DNA of 64,000 nucleotides from Pseudomonadota bacterium (lineage in GTDB: Bacteria > Bdellovibrionota > Bdellovibrionia > Bdellovibrionales > SG-bin7): the NCBI GenBank assembly GCA_034439715.1, contig JAWXAY010000080.1, positions 2,063 to 66,062 of the forward strand, given 5' to 3'. Positions 1 to 9,255 of the stretch are shown one piece after another. Position 1 is the stretch's first letter. Each line of letters opens with the position of its first letter. The notes under the pieces are model-generated. The model saw nothing but the letters and a program-made list of their open reading frames with translations. It did not search any database and was not told where the DNA came from. A program made the position numbers and the translations under genes.

Positions 1-721
1 CACCCCGAGCTAAGCGTGGAAGCAAATATTTTTTTTGTTCCTCTGTGCCATAATGTACGAGTAATTCTGCTGGCCCTAATGAGTTGGGTACCATTAATGT
101 AGTGCAGAGAGAAAGTGAGCGACTGCTGACCTTCGCCAAAACTTCACTATGGGCCATAGCTGTAAATCCCAGGCCGCCAAATTCCTTGGGAATAATCATT
201 CCAAAAAAACGCTCTTTTTTTATAAAATCCCATACTTCAGGAGGGAGGTCTCGTTTCTCCCACGCCTGCCAATCGTCAGCCATTTCACATAATTTTTCTA
301 CAGGTCCGTTAATAAAATCTTGCTCTTCCTTCGTTAGTTTCGGATAGGGTTCATTCATTAATTTTTTAAAATCAGGTTTACCGCTAAAGAGTTCACCTTC
401 GGCCCATACTGCTCCTGCGTCTAACGCTGTTTTTTCGGTCTCGGAAATATGCGGCACAAACTTCATGATCCTAAATAAATGCATGATCCAACGAGAAATT
501 AACTGGGCACGTAAAAAAGGAATGTTATAAATAATGGCCCAAACTAAGAATACCAATTGAACAGATTTAGGTGCGAGTAAGGTCGGGATGGCTAGGAATA
601 TTGTCCATAACCACAGAGGTGCTCCATAAAAACCCATTACCAGAATCGGTATAAAAAGAATGAATGTCGCCAAAAACAGGCTACCAGTGACTTCTTGTAG
701 CTGAATGTAAAACTCCTGCAT
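1..721 (-). CDS. fadE: Acyl-CoA dehydrogenase, FadE type, N-terminal part (gene continues past the window start)
   Basis: Absent from the ORF track because it runs off the edge. My manual translation of the minus strand from the ATG at 721 gives MQEFYIQLQEV..., two hydrophobic helices, then ETEKTALDAGAVWAEGELFSGKPDFKKL and PNSLGPAELLVHYGTEEQKKYLLPRLARG. This is colinear with the E. coli FadE N-terminus as I recall it. The 84..347 + ORF is its antisense shadow. Confidence 0.8.
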   Translation of the reverse strand, partial: MQEFYIQLQEVTGSLFLATFILFIPILVMGFYGAPLWLWTIFLAIPTLLAPKSVQLVFLVWAIIYNIPFLRAQLISRWIMHLFRIMKFVPHISETEKTALDAGAVWAEGELFSGKPDFKKLMNEPYPKLTKEEQDFINGPVEKLCEMADDWQAWEKRDLPPEVWDFIKKERFFGMIIPKEFGGLGFTAMAHSEVLAKVSSRSLSLCTTLMVPNSLGPAELLVHYGTEEQKKYLLPRLARG

Positions 722-730
722 AGGATACCT

Positions 731-2698
731 CTATAATTTAAATTTCTTTTTCAAATCCTTTAGTGCTTCTCTGCCTTTTTCATTGGCTTTTTCCTTGGCT
801 TTCTCTTGACCCTCTTTTTTGCCAGAATCTAGAGCTGACTTTTTTGATTCCTCGAGCTTGGCCTGTGCTTGCTGTTTTATTTTGTCGACTTCTGCTTTTT
901 TGCTGTCTATTTCCTTTTGAAATTTTGATTTGATCTCGTTAAACTGGGCATTCAATTTTTGTTTTTGCTGATTGATAGCGTCGTTGACAAATTTATTTAG
1001 TTTTTCTCGGGCCTCTTTGATTTTCAGGTCGATCTGTTTTTTAAAACCCTGCTCTATGGCTTCGGCTAGGTTTGAGCGAATCGACATATCAAGATCTTTT
1101 AGACTTCCTTTGACGGAGGCATCTAAAGTGACCACGGGAATTCCTGCCGCTACTCCTTTTAAGACCTCATCAACGATTTTATTTTTAGCTTCAATCTGAT
1201 AGCCAATTTCTGAAAAACTATTTTTTACGGTCATTTCTAATGACTCGCCAATTACCTGAGCTTTGATATCACTGCCGCCGCGAGCCTTTTCAAAACCAAA
1301 TTTTACGTCGGTAGAATTTGACAGAGATTTTTGTCCCACCGGGAAGGATCCTATTCGGGCCAAGAGAGTATCGACACCTTGATCCTTTGTACGGTCCAGT
1401 GTGAGTTGAGCCGAAAGACCTGTATACTGTTGTTTCGGAAAGTCACCTTTAATATTAACGGTAATGGGGAGGCCCAAGTGTTTGGGATCAGTCGTCACAT
1501 TCCTGACCTCTCCCAAAACATCTCCAGAAAAGCCAGCCTCTGTTGAAGTAGAACTTACCTTTGCTAGCTTTAACCAAAACAAGGGGTAAGACATAGGACG
1601 ACCAAACTGATAATTTTTACCCTTGGCTCTTTCGTGGGCCTCAAGTTTTTCTGCCGCTTTTTCTTCTTTGGATTTTTTGGGCGGCAAATACTTTTCGTAC
1701 TTCTTTTTGTAATTCTCTATCATGTTAACTTTTGAGAATATTTCAGGACCAAAAAGCACATTGGCGAGGTTTTTTGTATCGAGTTTAGGGATTTTTAGTC
1801 GAGCTTCAAGATCATCGATGTCGTCTTTTGCTATTTTTTCAAGATCTTTAATTGCGTCACCGTACTTATCGATGTCTCCAGTTAACAGACCACCGGTTGC
1901 TTTCAAATTTTCGAATTTATTTTCAATTTCTTTTGTTATCCTGCCGGCTTCTTTAAGTTGAGCGGCAAATTCCACAGGATTTTTTGTATTGAATTTCATG
2001 TCTTTGAGTTTTTGGCTTAAATCTTCAAACTCTTTGGGCTTGGGCAAGGATTCAAAGCGAGACTTCCATTCCTTTTCTTTTTCTTTAAGTTCTTTTTCTA
2101 GTTCCTTCGCTCTGATATTTGATTTTAATTGGTCAGCCACTAGGTTTACTTGCTCTTTACCGCCCTTATCTTCGATCATTGTGGCGACATCGCCAAGAAC
2201 GTTTCCCTCAAGCTTATCAGCAGCTCGACCTAGTGTTTTTTCAGCAAGTTTTTGTGCGGCTGATGGCTCGTCGCTCGCTTTGAGCGGAGGAGGAACCTTG
2301 CCTCTATTTTTTCGAGGGGTTTGAATTGCGATGTTATTAACAGAGGCTTCATCAATGACAATTTTTCCGCGCAGAAGGGCATCCCAAAGCATTTTAAACC
2401 GGACACTTTCGACCTGAACTCTATTGTTTATGGGATTTTCGGGATCGGTGAGTTGAATATTTTTGATATCAAGCGAAGCGTTCCAAAAACTAGTACGAAC
2501 AGAGCCGATGTTAGTTTCAGCTCCATTACCTGAAGAAAGCCCCATCTCAAGGCCTAGTCTAAAGTGAGTATCAAAAAATAAAACGAAATAAAGCCATACG
2601 GCAAAACAGACCAAAAAAAAGGGAATAATCGCTTCGAAGCGGATAGGCCCTTTTTGTTTTATTATCTTAACAGGTTCGCTTTTATTGATGTCGGTCAT
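731..2698 (-). CDS. Large envelope-associated protein of unknown function (AsmA-like N-terminus, coiled-coil; TIGR03545-like)
   Basis: 655-aa ORF with an N-terminal TM helix (IIPFFLVCFAVWLYFVLFF) and long K/E-rich coiled-coil stretches. From memory it resembles the uncharacterised TIGR03545 family, which is normally paired with a TIGR03546 gene, as here. Confidence 0.5.
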   Translation of the reverse strand: MTDINKSEPVKIIKQKGPIRFEAIIPFFLVCFAVWLYFVLFFDTHFRLGLEMGLSSGNGAETNIGSVRTSFWNASLDIKNIQLTDPENPINNRVQVESVRFKMLWDALLRGKIVIDEASVNNIAIQTPRKNRGKVPPPLKASDEPSAAQKLAEKTLGRAADKLEGNVLGDVATMIEDKGGKEQVNLVADQLKSNIRAKELEKELKEKEKEWKSRFESLPKPKEFEDLSQKLKDMKFNTKNPVEFAAQLKEAGRITKEIENKFENLKATGGLLTGDIDKYGDAIKDLEKIAKDDIDDLEARLKIPKLDTKNLANVLFGPEIFSKVNMIENYKKKYEKYLPPKKSKEEKAAEKLEAHERAKGKNYQFGRPMSYPLFWLKLAKVSSTSTEAGFSGDVLGEVRNVTTDPKHLGLPITVNIKGDFPKQQYTGLSAQLTLDRTKDQGVDTLLARIGSFPVGQKSLSNSTDVKFGFEKARGGSDIKAQVIGESLEMTVKNSFSEIGYQIEAKNKIVDEVLKGVAAGIPVVTLDASVKGSLKDLDMSIRSNLAEAIEQGFKKQIDLKIKEAREKLNKFVNDAINQQKQKLNAQFNEIKSKFQKEIDSKKAEVDKIKQQAQAKLEESKKSALDSGKKEGQEKAKEKANEKGREALKDLKKKFKL

Positions 2699-2718
2699 GG
2701 TTGTTGCCTCTTAAAATC

Positions 2719-3243
2719 TTAGCCATATAGTGAATCGTATTTATAGTACCATTGGTAGAGTGAAGTAGCCTTAATAGCGTTCCAAAACTTGGTTTGCTTA
2801 ATGTTTTCTAAAACTTTCTCACGATATTTAAAAATTAAAATCCTGGCAAAAATGAATACAAAGGGAGAACTAACAATGGCAACAACACCGGAGCCCATGA
2901 CGATGGTGTTATAAAATCTAGTCCAAGGCACGATCGGTAAATTATAAAGCGTCGTAAAAAGTTCTTTTAGTGACTCCAATTCTAAAACTTTCTGGCCAAT
3001 GAAATGAAATAGAGGGTCTAAAAGGTAAGCTGGGAACATAAAAAAGAATGCCGTAATCGTAGCGGCTCCGATTTGTATACGAAAAAAGAACATACACAAA
3101 ATCACCAAAACGGTTTGTAGAGAAAAGGCGGGAGTCATTCCTAAAATAAATCCACAGGCTACACCAGCCGCTATTTGATTCGTGCCAGTGTCAGAATTTA
3201 ATAGTTTTAAAAACGAAAAAATCTGTTTTAATAAAAATGTCAT
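2719..3243 (-). CDS. Small polytopic membrane protein (DUF2062/TIGR03546-like), partner of 731..2698
   Basis: 174-aa ORF with about 4 hydrophobic helices, 20 nt upstream of the 655-aa gene on the same strand. The pairing matches my recollection of TIGR03545/03546. Confidence 0.45.
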   Translation of the reverse strand: MTFLLKQIFSFLKLLNSDTGTNQIAAGVACGFILGMTPAFSLQTVLVILCMFFFRIQIGAATITAFFFMFPAYLLDPLFHFIGQKVLELESLKELFTTLYNLPIVPWTRFYNTIVMGSGVVAIVSSPFVFIFARILIFKYREKVLENIKQTKFWNAIKATSLYQWYYKYDSLYG

Positions 3244-3249
3244 TTGTGT

Positions 3250-4560
3250 TTAAGCCTTTACTATATTAGGTGCAGGTTCAAGATAGACACCGCGTGAGTC
3301 TACTATGAGTGCGGCGTTTTGTTTAATCATGGCGTAATCAAACTTGTCATGATTGGTCGCTAATAATACACAATCGTACTTTTTAATATTTTCTGGCGTT
3401 ATGGCCACACTCTTTAAATCAAAATAGTGCTCTCGCATTTTGGGGAACACGGGAATCAATGGGTCTGAGTAGTCAACGAGGGCACCTTTTGCTTTTAGAA
3501 TTTCCATAAGCTCAACCGAAGGAGACTCTCGCATATCGTCGATATTTTTTTTGTAGGCGATTCCTAATACTAAAACTTTAGAGCTTTTAAGTGATTTGGT
3601 GCGGTCGTTAAGTGCGGACATGACTTTATCTATGACCCAGTGGGGCATGTGAGTATTAACTTCTCCGGCAAGTTCGATAAAGCGGGTGTTGAGGCCAAAC
3701 TCTCGAGCCTTCCAGGTTAAGTAAAAGGGGTCAATGGGAATACAATGTCCACCCAGGCCGGGCCCGGGATAATAGGGCACAAAACCAAACGGTTTAGACG
3801 AAGCCGCACGAATGACTTCGTGAATGTCGAGACCCATTCGATCAGCCACGATTTTCATTTCGTTTACTAAACCAATATTGACAGCCCGGTGAATATTTTC
3901 AAGAAGCTTGGTCAGTTCCGCAGCGCGGGTAGAGCTTACAGGCACTACCTTATCTACGATTTCGCTATAAAGAGTAACGCCGGCTTTTTGACAGCTAGGT
4001 GTATATCCACCACAAACTTTAGGAATTGTTTTAGTTATAAAATTTGGATTTCCGGGATCTTCGCGCTCAGGGCTAAACACCAGAAAGAAATCCTCGCCCA
4101 CTTTTAAACCCTTTTTATCGATATAAGGTTTAAGGACTTCATCAGTGGTGCCCGGATAAGTGGTGGATTCAAGAGAGAGGATTTGATCTTTCCTGAGAAA
4201 GGGAGCGAGGGAATTCATGGTTTCAATAATAAAACTGATGTCAGGCTCTCGTTGTTTAGTAAGTGGTGTGGGGACACAAATAATGAGTGCATCGCAATCT
4301 TTTGCTTTCGAATAATCGCTAGTTGCCTTAAATCTGCCAGACCTTGCCATATTAGAAATATGAGATTCAGGGATGTGGGCGATATAGCTTTTGCCATCAT
4401 TAAGAGATTTTACTTTTTGGGAATCGATGTCTAGGCCATAGACATAGAAACCAACTTCAACAAGTCGGAGTGAAAGAGGAAGCCCTACATAGCCCAGGCC
4501 AACGACGCCAATTTTTGCTTCTTTCTTTTTTAATTTCTCAACAAGTATATCGAGCGACAT
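3250..4560 (-). CDS. wbpA: UDP-N-acetyl-D-glucosamine 6-dehydrogenase family nucleotide-sugar dehydrogenase (WbpA/TviB-like)
   Basis: 436 aa. Rossmann motif [13 protein letters not shown]. Long conserved block [41 protein letters not shown]...[21 protein letters not shown], typical of WbpA-type enzymes with a catalytic Cys in GGHCIP. Confidence 0.7.
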   Translation of the reverse strand: MSLDILVEKLKKKEAKIGVVGLGYVGLPLSLRLVEVGFYVYGLDIDSQKVKSLNDGKSYIAHIPESHISNMARSGRFKATSDYSKAKDCDALIICVPTPLTKQREPDISFIIETMNSLAPFLRKDQILSLESTTYPGTTDEVLKPYIDKKGLKVGEDFFLVFSPEREDPGNPNFITKTIPKVCGGYTPSCQKAGVTLYSEIVDKVVPVSSTRAAELTKLLENIHRAVNIGLVNEMKIVADRMGLDIHEVIRAASSKPFGFVPYYPGPGLGGHCIPIDPFYLTWKAREFGLNTRFIELAGEVNTHMPHWVIDKVMSALNDRTKSLKSSKVLVLGIAYKKNIDDMRESPSVELMEILKAKGALVDYSDPLIPVFPKMREHYFDLKSVAITPENIKKYDCVLLATNHDKFDYAMIKQNAALIVDSRGVYLEPAPNIVKA

Positions 4561-4656
4561 ATTTACCTTTCTAAACTAGTTCAGATAATACCGTATAAGG
4601 ATATGCGAAGATTATTGAAATTCCAGCATTTTTTTGAATTTACGCGGTTGTGAGCT

Positions 4657-5331
4657 TTAGGTATATTTTTGCGTTAGTGGTGATAAAATAAGCACAAACT
4701 CGGCCTTTTGATCTTTTACTTTTATGACTAATTCAGAGAGTTTTCCAAAAAGTGCTTTCTCTGTGCTTTGTGTTAGATCAAGTCCTAAAAAAGCATATCG
4801 ATTGGGCATCAAAACTGAAAGCTCGGTTGCTAACTTCTCTAATCTGTAAGGCGTATCCATTAAGATCTGAGCTTTGGGTTCTTTTGCGACCTGAATCAAG
4901 GCTTTTTGTCGCTCTTCTGTTTTTTGCGGTAAAAATCCCACGAAAAGAAAGGAGTCGAGTCGCATTCCTGAGAGACTAAGTGCTGTGGCAAGTGAGGACG
5001 GGCCAGGCAAGCTCGTGACGGGAATATTTTCTTTGCGGGCCAAGTTTACAAGTTCGGCCCCAGGATCACAAAATCCAGGAGTGCCGCAATCAGAAATCAG
5101 CGCTACGCTTTGGTCTCGGCACAGACTCGCTAGGGCCACGATATCTTTTTGGTTAGTGTGTTCGTTGAGAAGATGAGTTTCATTGGGGTCAAGCCTGTTC
5201 ATTTTTATAAATTTAGAAAGTTCGCGCTCTTCTTCGCCAATGATAACCTCGCACTTTTGCAATACTTCGAGGGCTCTAACAGTGATGTCTTTGGGGTGTC
5301 CAATAGGGGTTGCCACAACGTATAGAGGCAT
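4657..5331 (-). CDS. rsmI: Tetrapyrrole-methylase-fold SAM methyltransferase, RsmI-like (16S rRNA C1402 2'-O-methyltransferase family)
   Basis: 224 aa. Contains MPLYVVATPIGHPKDITVRALEVL, ALISDCGTPGFCDPG, LPGPSSLATALSLSGM and FLFVGFLPQK, colinear with RsmI motifs. The usual AEDTR motif is replaced by GEEERE. Confidence 0.6.
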   Translation of the reverse strand: MPLYVVATPIGHPKDITVRALEVLQKCEVIIGEEERELSKFIKMNRLDPNETHLLNEHTNQKDIVALASLCRDQSVALISDCGTPGFCDPGAELVNLARKENIPVTSLPGPSSLATALSLSGMRLDSFLFVGFLPQKTEERQKALIQVAKEPKAQILMDTPYRLEKLATELSVLMPNRYAFLGLDLTQSTEKALFGKLSELVIKVKDQKAEFVLILSPLTQKYT

Positions 5332-5334
5332 TCT

Positions 5335-6228
5335 TTAAACCCCCATTAGACTTTTGTCGAGCAAGTGAGTGGGTTTTACACTGCTAAGGCTAGTGAGAAG
5401 TGACTGTTTGATGTCGGGGATTTTAGCTTCTAACACGCGCAGCATTTTTTTAATAAGAATGCGTTTACTGTCAAATTGTTCATTAGAACCACAGGCGAGC
5501 GGGCACTGACAGCAAACGATCGGAAATTTTTTTTGGTAGGTAAATTGTTTGATGTCTTCTTCGAAACTGTAAACGAGCGGCCGAAAGACGGTAATTTGTT
5601 GTTTTTCTGTTTGTAAAACAGGGGCCATTGCCGCCATTTTGCCAATGTAAAAAATATTTAATAATAATGTCTCGATAAAATCATCTGCATGATGACCCAG
5701 GGCAATTTTATTACACTTGTGTTTTTCAGCAAGACCTGAGAGTGAACCTCGGCGCAAACGTGCGCAAAGGGAACAGGGCATGTCGCCAGGTTTGGTTTTT
5801 TCGGCAACGATGCTGGCGATGTCAAATTCTTCCATGGCGTACTCATAGCCTTGGGTTTTGACATAATCCTCGATGATATCTTGGCGGTAGCCGCGGTAAC
5901 CTTGGTCAATGTTGACGGCTACCACATCAAAATTGATCGGAGCTTTTTTGCGCAACTCATTTAAAACCCAGAGCATAACCCAAGAATCTTTGCCTCCCGA
6001 AATAGCGACAAGAATGCGGTCGCCCTCTTGGATCATATTAAATTCGGCGATGGCTTTACCAGTTTTATGCAGCAATTGTTTTTCTAATTTATAGAGAGAG
6101 ATTTCGGGCCTGGATTCAGCGGATGGCGAAACTGGTGCCATGACTGGAGTTTTACAAACATCAGCTTGGGATTCCGAAAAAACCTGGCTGATTTGCGACA
6201 ATAGTTCGAGTTGCGAGGGGACTTCCAT
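5335..6228 (-). CDS. ttcA: tRNA 2-thiocytidine(32) synthetase TtcA
   Basis: 297 aa. PP-loop SGGKDS, CSLCARLRRG and a C-terminal CCQCPLAC cysteine cluster, as in TtcA. Confidence 0.8.
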   Translation of the reverse strand: MEVPSQLELLSQISQVFSESQADVCKTPVMAPVSPSAESRPEISLYKLEKQLLHKTGKAIAEFNMIQEGDRILVAISGGKDSWVMLWVLNELRKKAPINFDVVAVNIDQGYRGYRQDIIEDYVKTQGYEYAMEEFDIASIVAEKTKPGDMPCSLCARLRRGSLSGLAEKHKCNKIALGHHADDFIETLLLNIFYIGKMAAMAPVLQTEKQQITVFRPLVYSFEEDIKQFTYQKKFPIVCCQCPLACGSNEQFDSKRILIKKMLRVLEAKIPDIKQSLLTSLSSVKPTHLLDKSLMGV

Positions 6229-6231
6229 ATT

Positions 6232-7332
6232 CTAAATGGCACTCAAGACGGCATCGATAATGTTTTTTTGCGTCTCCCAACTCATATCAGGGTACATCGG
6301 CAAACTAATCACACCACGAGCGGCGTCTTCACAATGAGGCAATCTAAATTTTTCTTTTACTTCTCGGTAGGCCTCTTGATGATGGATGGCGCGCGGATAG
6401 TGAATGGAAGTGGGAATACCCTTTTCTTTTAATTTATTTTGGAAGGCGGAGCGGTCTTCAACCCATAAGGTATACTGGGCATAAACGCTTTTAGCACCTT
6501 TCATAATAACTGGAGGATTCAATTTTTTCTCTTGTTTAATAAAGGCTTCTGTAAAACGCATTGCGATTTCATGGCGTTTATTAACTTCCCACGGAAAGCG
6601 TTTTAGTTTTTCGATGAGGATGGCGCATTGAAGGGTATCCATACGGCCATTGAGACCAATACGCACGTGTTCATAGCGAGAGGCATCTCCGTGAGTACGA
6701 ATTTGCTTTAAGATATTGGCTAAACTGTCGTCGCTTGTAAAAATCGCGCCACCGTCACCGTAACAGCCTAAGGGTTTGGCGGGAAAAAAACTCGTAGTCG
6801 AAACCGTTGTTAAATTTCCACTTTTTTTGCCATTGAGCTCGCCCCCAAAACTTTGAGCAGCATCCTCCATGACAGGAATTTTATGCTTTTCAGCGATTTT
6901 GTTAATAGCCGTACAGTCAGCGGGTTGACCGAAAAGTGAAACAGGAATGATGAGCTTTGTCTTTGGAGTAATAGCGGCTTCAAGTTTTAAAGGATCAAGA
7001 TTATAGGTTTTAGGATCAATATCGACAAAAATGGGAACAGCGTGCGCTAGTGAAATCATTTCAGCCGCAGCGAAAAAAGAAAAACCGGTGGTAATGACTT
7101 CGTCGCCAGGTTTAATCCCTAAGGCCATCATGACCATGAGGATTGCGTCGGTACCATTTCCACATGTTATTGTGTGCTTTATCCCTACGTAATCGGAGAG
7201 CGCTTTTTCGCATTCCGCAACTTCGGGCCCCATAATATACTGCCCATGATTCAGGACATTCTGAATTCGTTCGTTAATTGGTTTTTCGAGCGCCCTGTAT
7301 TGCGTTTTTAAGTCGATAAATGGAATATTCAT
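6232..7332 (-). CDS. wbpE: DegT/DnrJ/EryC1-family PLP aminotransferase, WbpE-like (UDP-2-acetamido-2-deoxy-3-oxo-glucuronate aminotransferase type)
   Basis: 366 aa. Near-colinear with my recollection of P. aeruginosa WbpE: IPFIDLKTQY, HGQYIMGPEV, GDEVITTGFSF, TSFFPAKPLGCYGDGGAIFT (PLP Lys retained), VYAQYTLWV. Confidence 0.7.
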   Translation of the reverse strand: MNIPFIDLKTQYRALEKPINERIQNVLNHGQYIMGPEVAECEKALSDYVGIKHTITCGNGTDAILMVMMALGIKPGDEVITTGFSFFAAAEMISLAHAVPIFVDIDPKTYNLDPLKLEAAITPKTKLIIPVSLFGQPADCTAINKIAEKHKIPVMEDAAQSFGGELNGKKSGNLTTVSTTSFFPAKPLGCYGDGGAIFTSDDSLANILKQIRTHGDASRYEHVRIGLNGRMDTLQCAILIEKLKRFPWEVNKRHEIAMRFTEAFIKQEKKLNPPVIMKGAKSVYAQYTLWVEDRSAFQNKLKEKGIPTSIHYPRAIHHQEAYREVKEKFRLPHCEDAARGVISLPMYPDMSWETQKNIIDAVLSAI

Positions 7333-7342
7333 AATTCGCTAA

Positions 7343-7371
7343 GATATATCGAAATTGGTGGGGGTGGTCAA
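7343..7371 (-). promoter_or_regulatory. Candidate sigma70-type promoter for the wbpE-like gene (TTGACC-17 nt-TATATC) ending 10 nt before the ATG
   Basis: The minus strand reads TTGACCACCCCCACCAATTTCGATATATCTTAGCGAATTATG. The -35 is at 7366..7371 and the -10 at 7343..7348. There is no Shine-Dalgarno before the ATG at 7332, so the transcript may be near-leaderless. Motif match only. Confidence 0.3.
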
Positions 7372-7407
7372 CCTATACGGATACTTGTTCGAGAGGGGCG
7401 ATGGGGC

Positions 7408-7698
7408 CTATCCGATTTTCTTCTTTTTGCGTTGTACTTCTTTAAATTCCGGCAGAGATTCATAGCCATTAGGGTAGAGCAGAATGCTGGGATGAACATC
7501 GAGAAAAGCAGCAATTTTAACAGCCAGCTTTGGGCCTACTTCACGACGGTTGTTTTCGATAGCACTTAAGTTCGCTTGTGATATCCCACAAGCCCAGGCC
7601 ATGTCATCTTGAACAATATCAAAATTAGCTCGAAATGCCTTGATGATATCTCCAGCTTTAGAGCCAGGAATTGCAATTAACTCTAGTGGTTTTTTCAT
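7408..7698 (-). CDS. XRE-family helix-turn-helix antitoxin (HigA-like)
   Basis: 96 aa. HTH_XRE core DMAWACGISQANLSAIENNRREVGPKLAVKIAAFLDV. Its start overlaps the toxin stop by 4 nt (7695..7698). Confidence 0.7.
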   Translation of the reverse strand: MKKPLELIAIPGSKAGDIIKAFRANFDIVQDDMAWACGISQANLSAIENNRREVGPKLAVKIAAFLDVHPSILLYPNGYESLPEFKEVQRKKKKIG

Positions 7699-8009
7699 TT
7701 TTTTATGTCCTTTCTATAGTTGTGGTCAGGGGTAATTCGTGCAATCTTAACCTTCACTATTTCATCAACAATCCGATAAATTATTCGTCCTCGGCGAGAA
7801 TAACAAGATGAACGATATCCTCTCCATTCATTTTCCAGCTCGTGATCATCCCACCGCTTTTGTCCTCGAACCGATTCAGGGCCACTCAAAGTAACTTGTC
7901 TAATCCAGGCACTAATCACCATTCGGTCATCATGGTTAACAACACCTTTTCGGATGTAGGCCTCCACCTCATCATGTGCCTTTTTAGATTCGAACTCTAC
8001 CCGCCACAT
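7695..8009 (-). CDS. RelE/ParE-superfamily type II toxin (toxin-first, HigB-like arrangement)
   Basis: 104 aa. C-terminal pattern WDDHELENEWRGYRSSCYSRRGRIIYRIVDEIVKVKIARITPDHNY is typical of RelE/ParE-fold toxins. It lies upstream of and is coupled to the XRE antitoxin. Confidence 0.65.
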   Translation of the reverse strand: MWRVEFESKKAHDEVEAYIRKGVVNHDDRMVISAWIRQVTLSGPESVRGQKRWDDHELENEWRGYRSSCYSRRGRIIYRIVDEIVKVKIARITPDHNYRKDIKK

Positions 8010-8017
8010 CGAGATCC

Positions 8018-8046
8018 AGAATAGTATATCATATTTGATATGTCAA
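8018..8046 (-). promoter_or_regulatory. Candidate TA promoter (TTGACA-17 nt-TATTCT) with an embedded inverted-repeat operator ATATCA-N4-TGATAT
   Basis: The minus strand reads TTGACATATCAAATATGATATACTATTCTGGATCTCGATG. The -35 is at 8041..8046, the -10 at 8018..8023 and the perfect 6-bp IR at 8026..8041 within the spacer. Only 8 nt separate the -10 from the toxin ATG (8009). Motif evidence only. Confidence 0.35.
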
Positions 8047-8064
8047 CAATGAAATGCGATTATC

Positions 8065-9255
8065 TCAGGAGATAAAGGTTCCTGCGTCTTTGCGAGAACT
8101 TTGACTAAACATCAAACTCACCTCAGTGCCCACGCCCTCTTTGCTTTTGATAGAAAGCTCGCCTCCCCAAGATTTAACTGTGCTTTGGGCATGCCAATAG
8201 CCAAGGCCTGATCCTGCGGGTTTGCCATAAGTATAGCCTTTGGTGCCTATCTTTGAGAGAACATCGGGGCTCATCCCATTGCCGTTATCTCTGATTTTAA
8301 TCGCAGCGACACCTTGGATATTATCTAAACTTACGGTTATCTTAGCTTTGGGATCTAGTTGATTGGGGAAAGATTCAGAAGCATTGTTTAATAGATTCGA
8401 GACGATGCGAAAAAAATCTGAACGTACACCGGAGATTTCGGGAGCCTGATTAATTGTTTCAAAATTAATAGGAACTTTTTGAGTCTCCCTTTTTTCATTA
8501 ACTATTTGCCCTACAATCTTAGCGATATCTATTTTTTCGAGAGGTGAGGCCTGCTCGGGGTTTTTGGCTTTTTGTAAGTCTAAAAAAACAGTTTCAGTTC
8601 GTTCGATTGTTAGATCTAAGAATTTCTTTAGGCTCTCCGGCAATTGTTTACTTTTCGCTATTGCACGTAATGCTGAAATTGGCGAAGCTATATCATGCTG
8701 GGTCTGGCTGGCCAGGTCCATGAGCCACTGGCGCTCAAACTCAACCCGAAGCGCGCGAGTTTCCTCTTGGCGATTTTTTCTTTGATAATAATAAACTAGG
8801 CCTAAAAAAAGTCCGAGCAAAATTACCCTTAAGATATTGTGACTAAATACCAGCCATGCATCTTTCTTGGCCTTAAATTCTAGGTGCCACTGATTATTAT
8901 TTAGACTTGCCAATTTACCACTGAGTAGTCCACTGGAATTTTCACACCCGTCGCGGTGGCTCGAGTCGTAAAAATATCTTTCTGACGGAGTCGTTTCTTT
9001 TAGAACCACACAATTGATCCAATTGGCAACCTCCATATCGCGTAGAGTTCTTGAGAGCTGATAGGAGTTAGCAAGATCGGCTTCATTTCGTAAAAGCGCC
9101 GTCACACTCTGCCATACTGCCTTTTGCTGGGAACGCTCAAAATAATAGAATGCGGCCTCGGTAGCGGTAAACGCTACAATGGCAGCAATGGTTGGCACCA
9201 ATAATCTCTTCAATATAAGAATCTGTTTGCAGGGCCTAAATGCCACGGTGTCCAT
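8065..9255 (-). CDS. Membrane sensor histidine kinase (no cognate response regulator in the window)
   Basis: 396 aa. Two TM helices flank a ~110-aa periplasmic loop. H-box HDIASPISALRAI, N-box NLLNNASES, G1 IRDNGNGM, G2 GSGLGYWHA. The true start may be the TTG at 9213, which forms a TTGA start/stop overlap with the upstream gene. Confidence 0.8.
   Translation of the reverse strand: MDTVAFRPCKQILILKRLLVPTIAAIVAFTATEAAFYYFERSQQKAVWQSVTALLRNEADLANSYQLSRTLRDMEVANWINCVVLKETTPSERYFYDSSHRDGCENSSGLLSGKLASLNNNQWHLEFKAKKDAWLVFSHNILRVILLGLFLGLVYYYQRKNRQEETRALRVEFERQWLMDLASQTQHDIASPISALRAIAKSKQLPESLKKFLDLTIERTETVFLDLQKAKNPEQASPLEKIDIAKIVGQIVNEKRETQKVPINFETINQAPEISGVRSDFFRIVSNLLNNASESFPNQLDPKAKITVSLDNIQGVAAIKIRDNGNGMSPDVLSKIGTKGYTYGKPAGSGLGYWHAQSTVKSWGGELSIKSKEGVGTEVSLMFSQSSRKDAGTFIS

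Noticed and set aside
84-347. 87-aa plus-strand ORF at the left edge
   Set aside because: It lies entirely antisense to a clear FadE-type reading frame (1..721, minus strand). It has no recognisable motifs and looks like a shadow ORF.
972-2533. Series of 70-111-aa plus-strand ORFs (972..1199, 1331..1546, 1722..1961, 1989..2324, 2321..2533)
   Set aside because: All are antisense to the 655-aa gene. Their Ser/Phe/Leu-rich, low-complexity translations are what the complement of K/E-rich coding sequence would produce. None has an SD or recognisable motifs.
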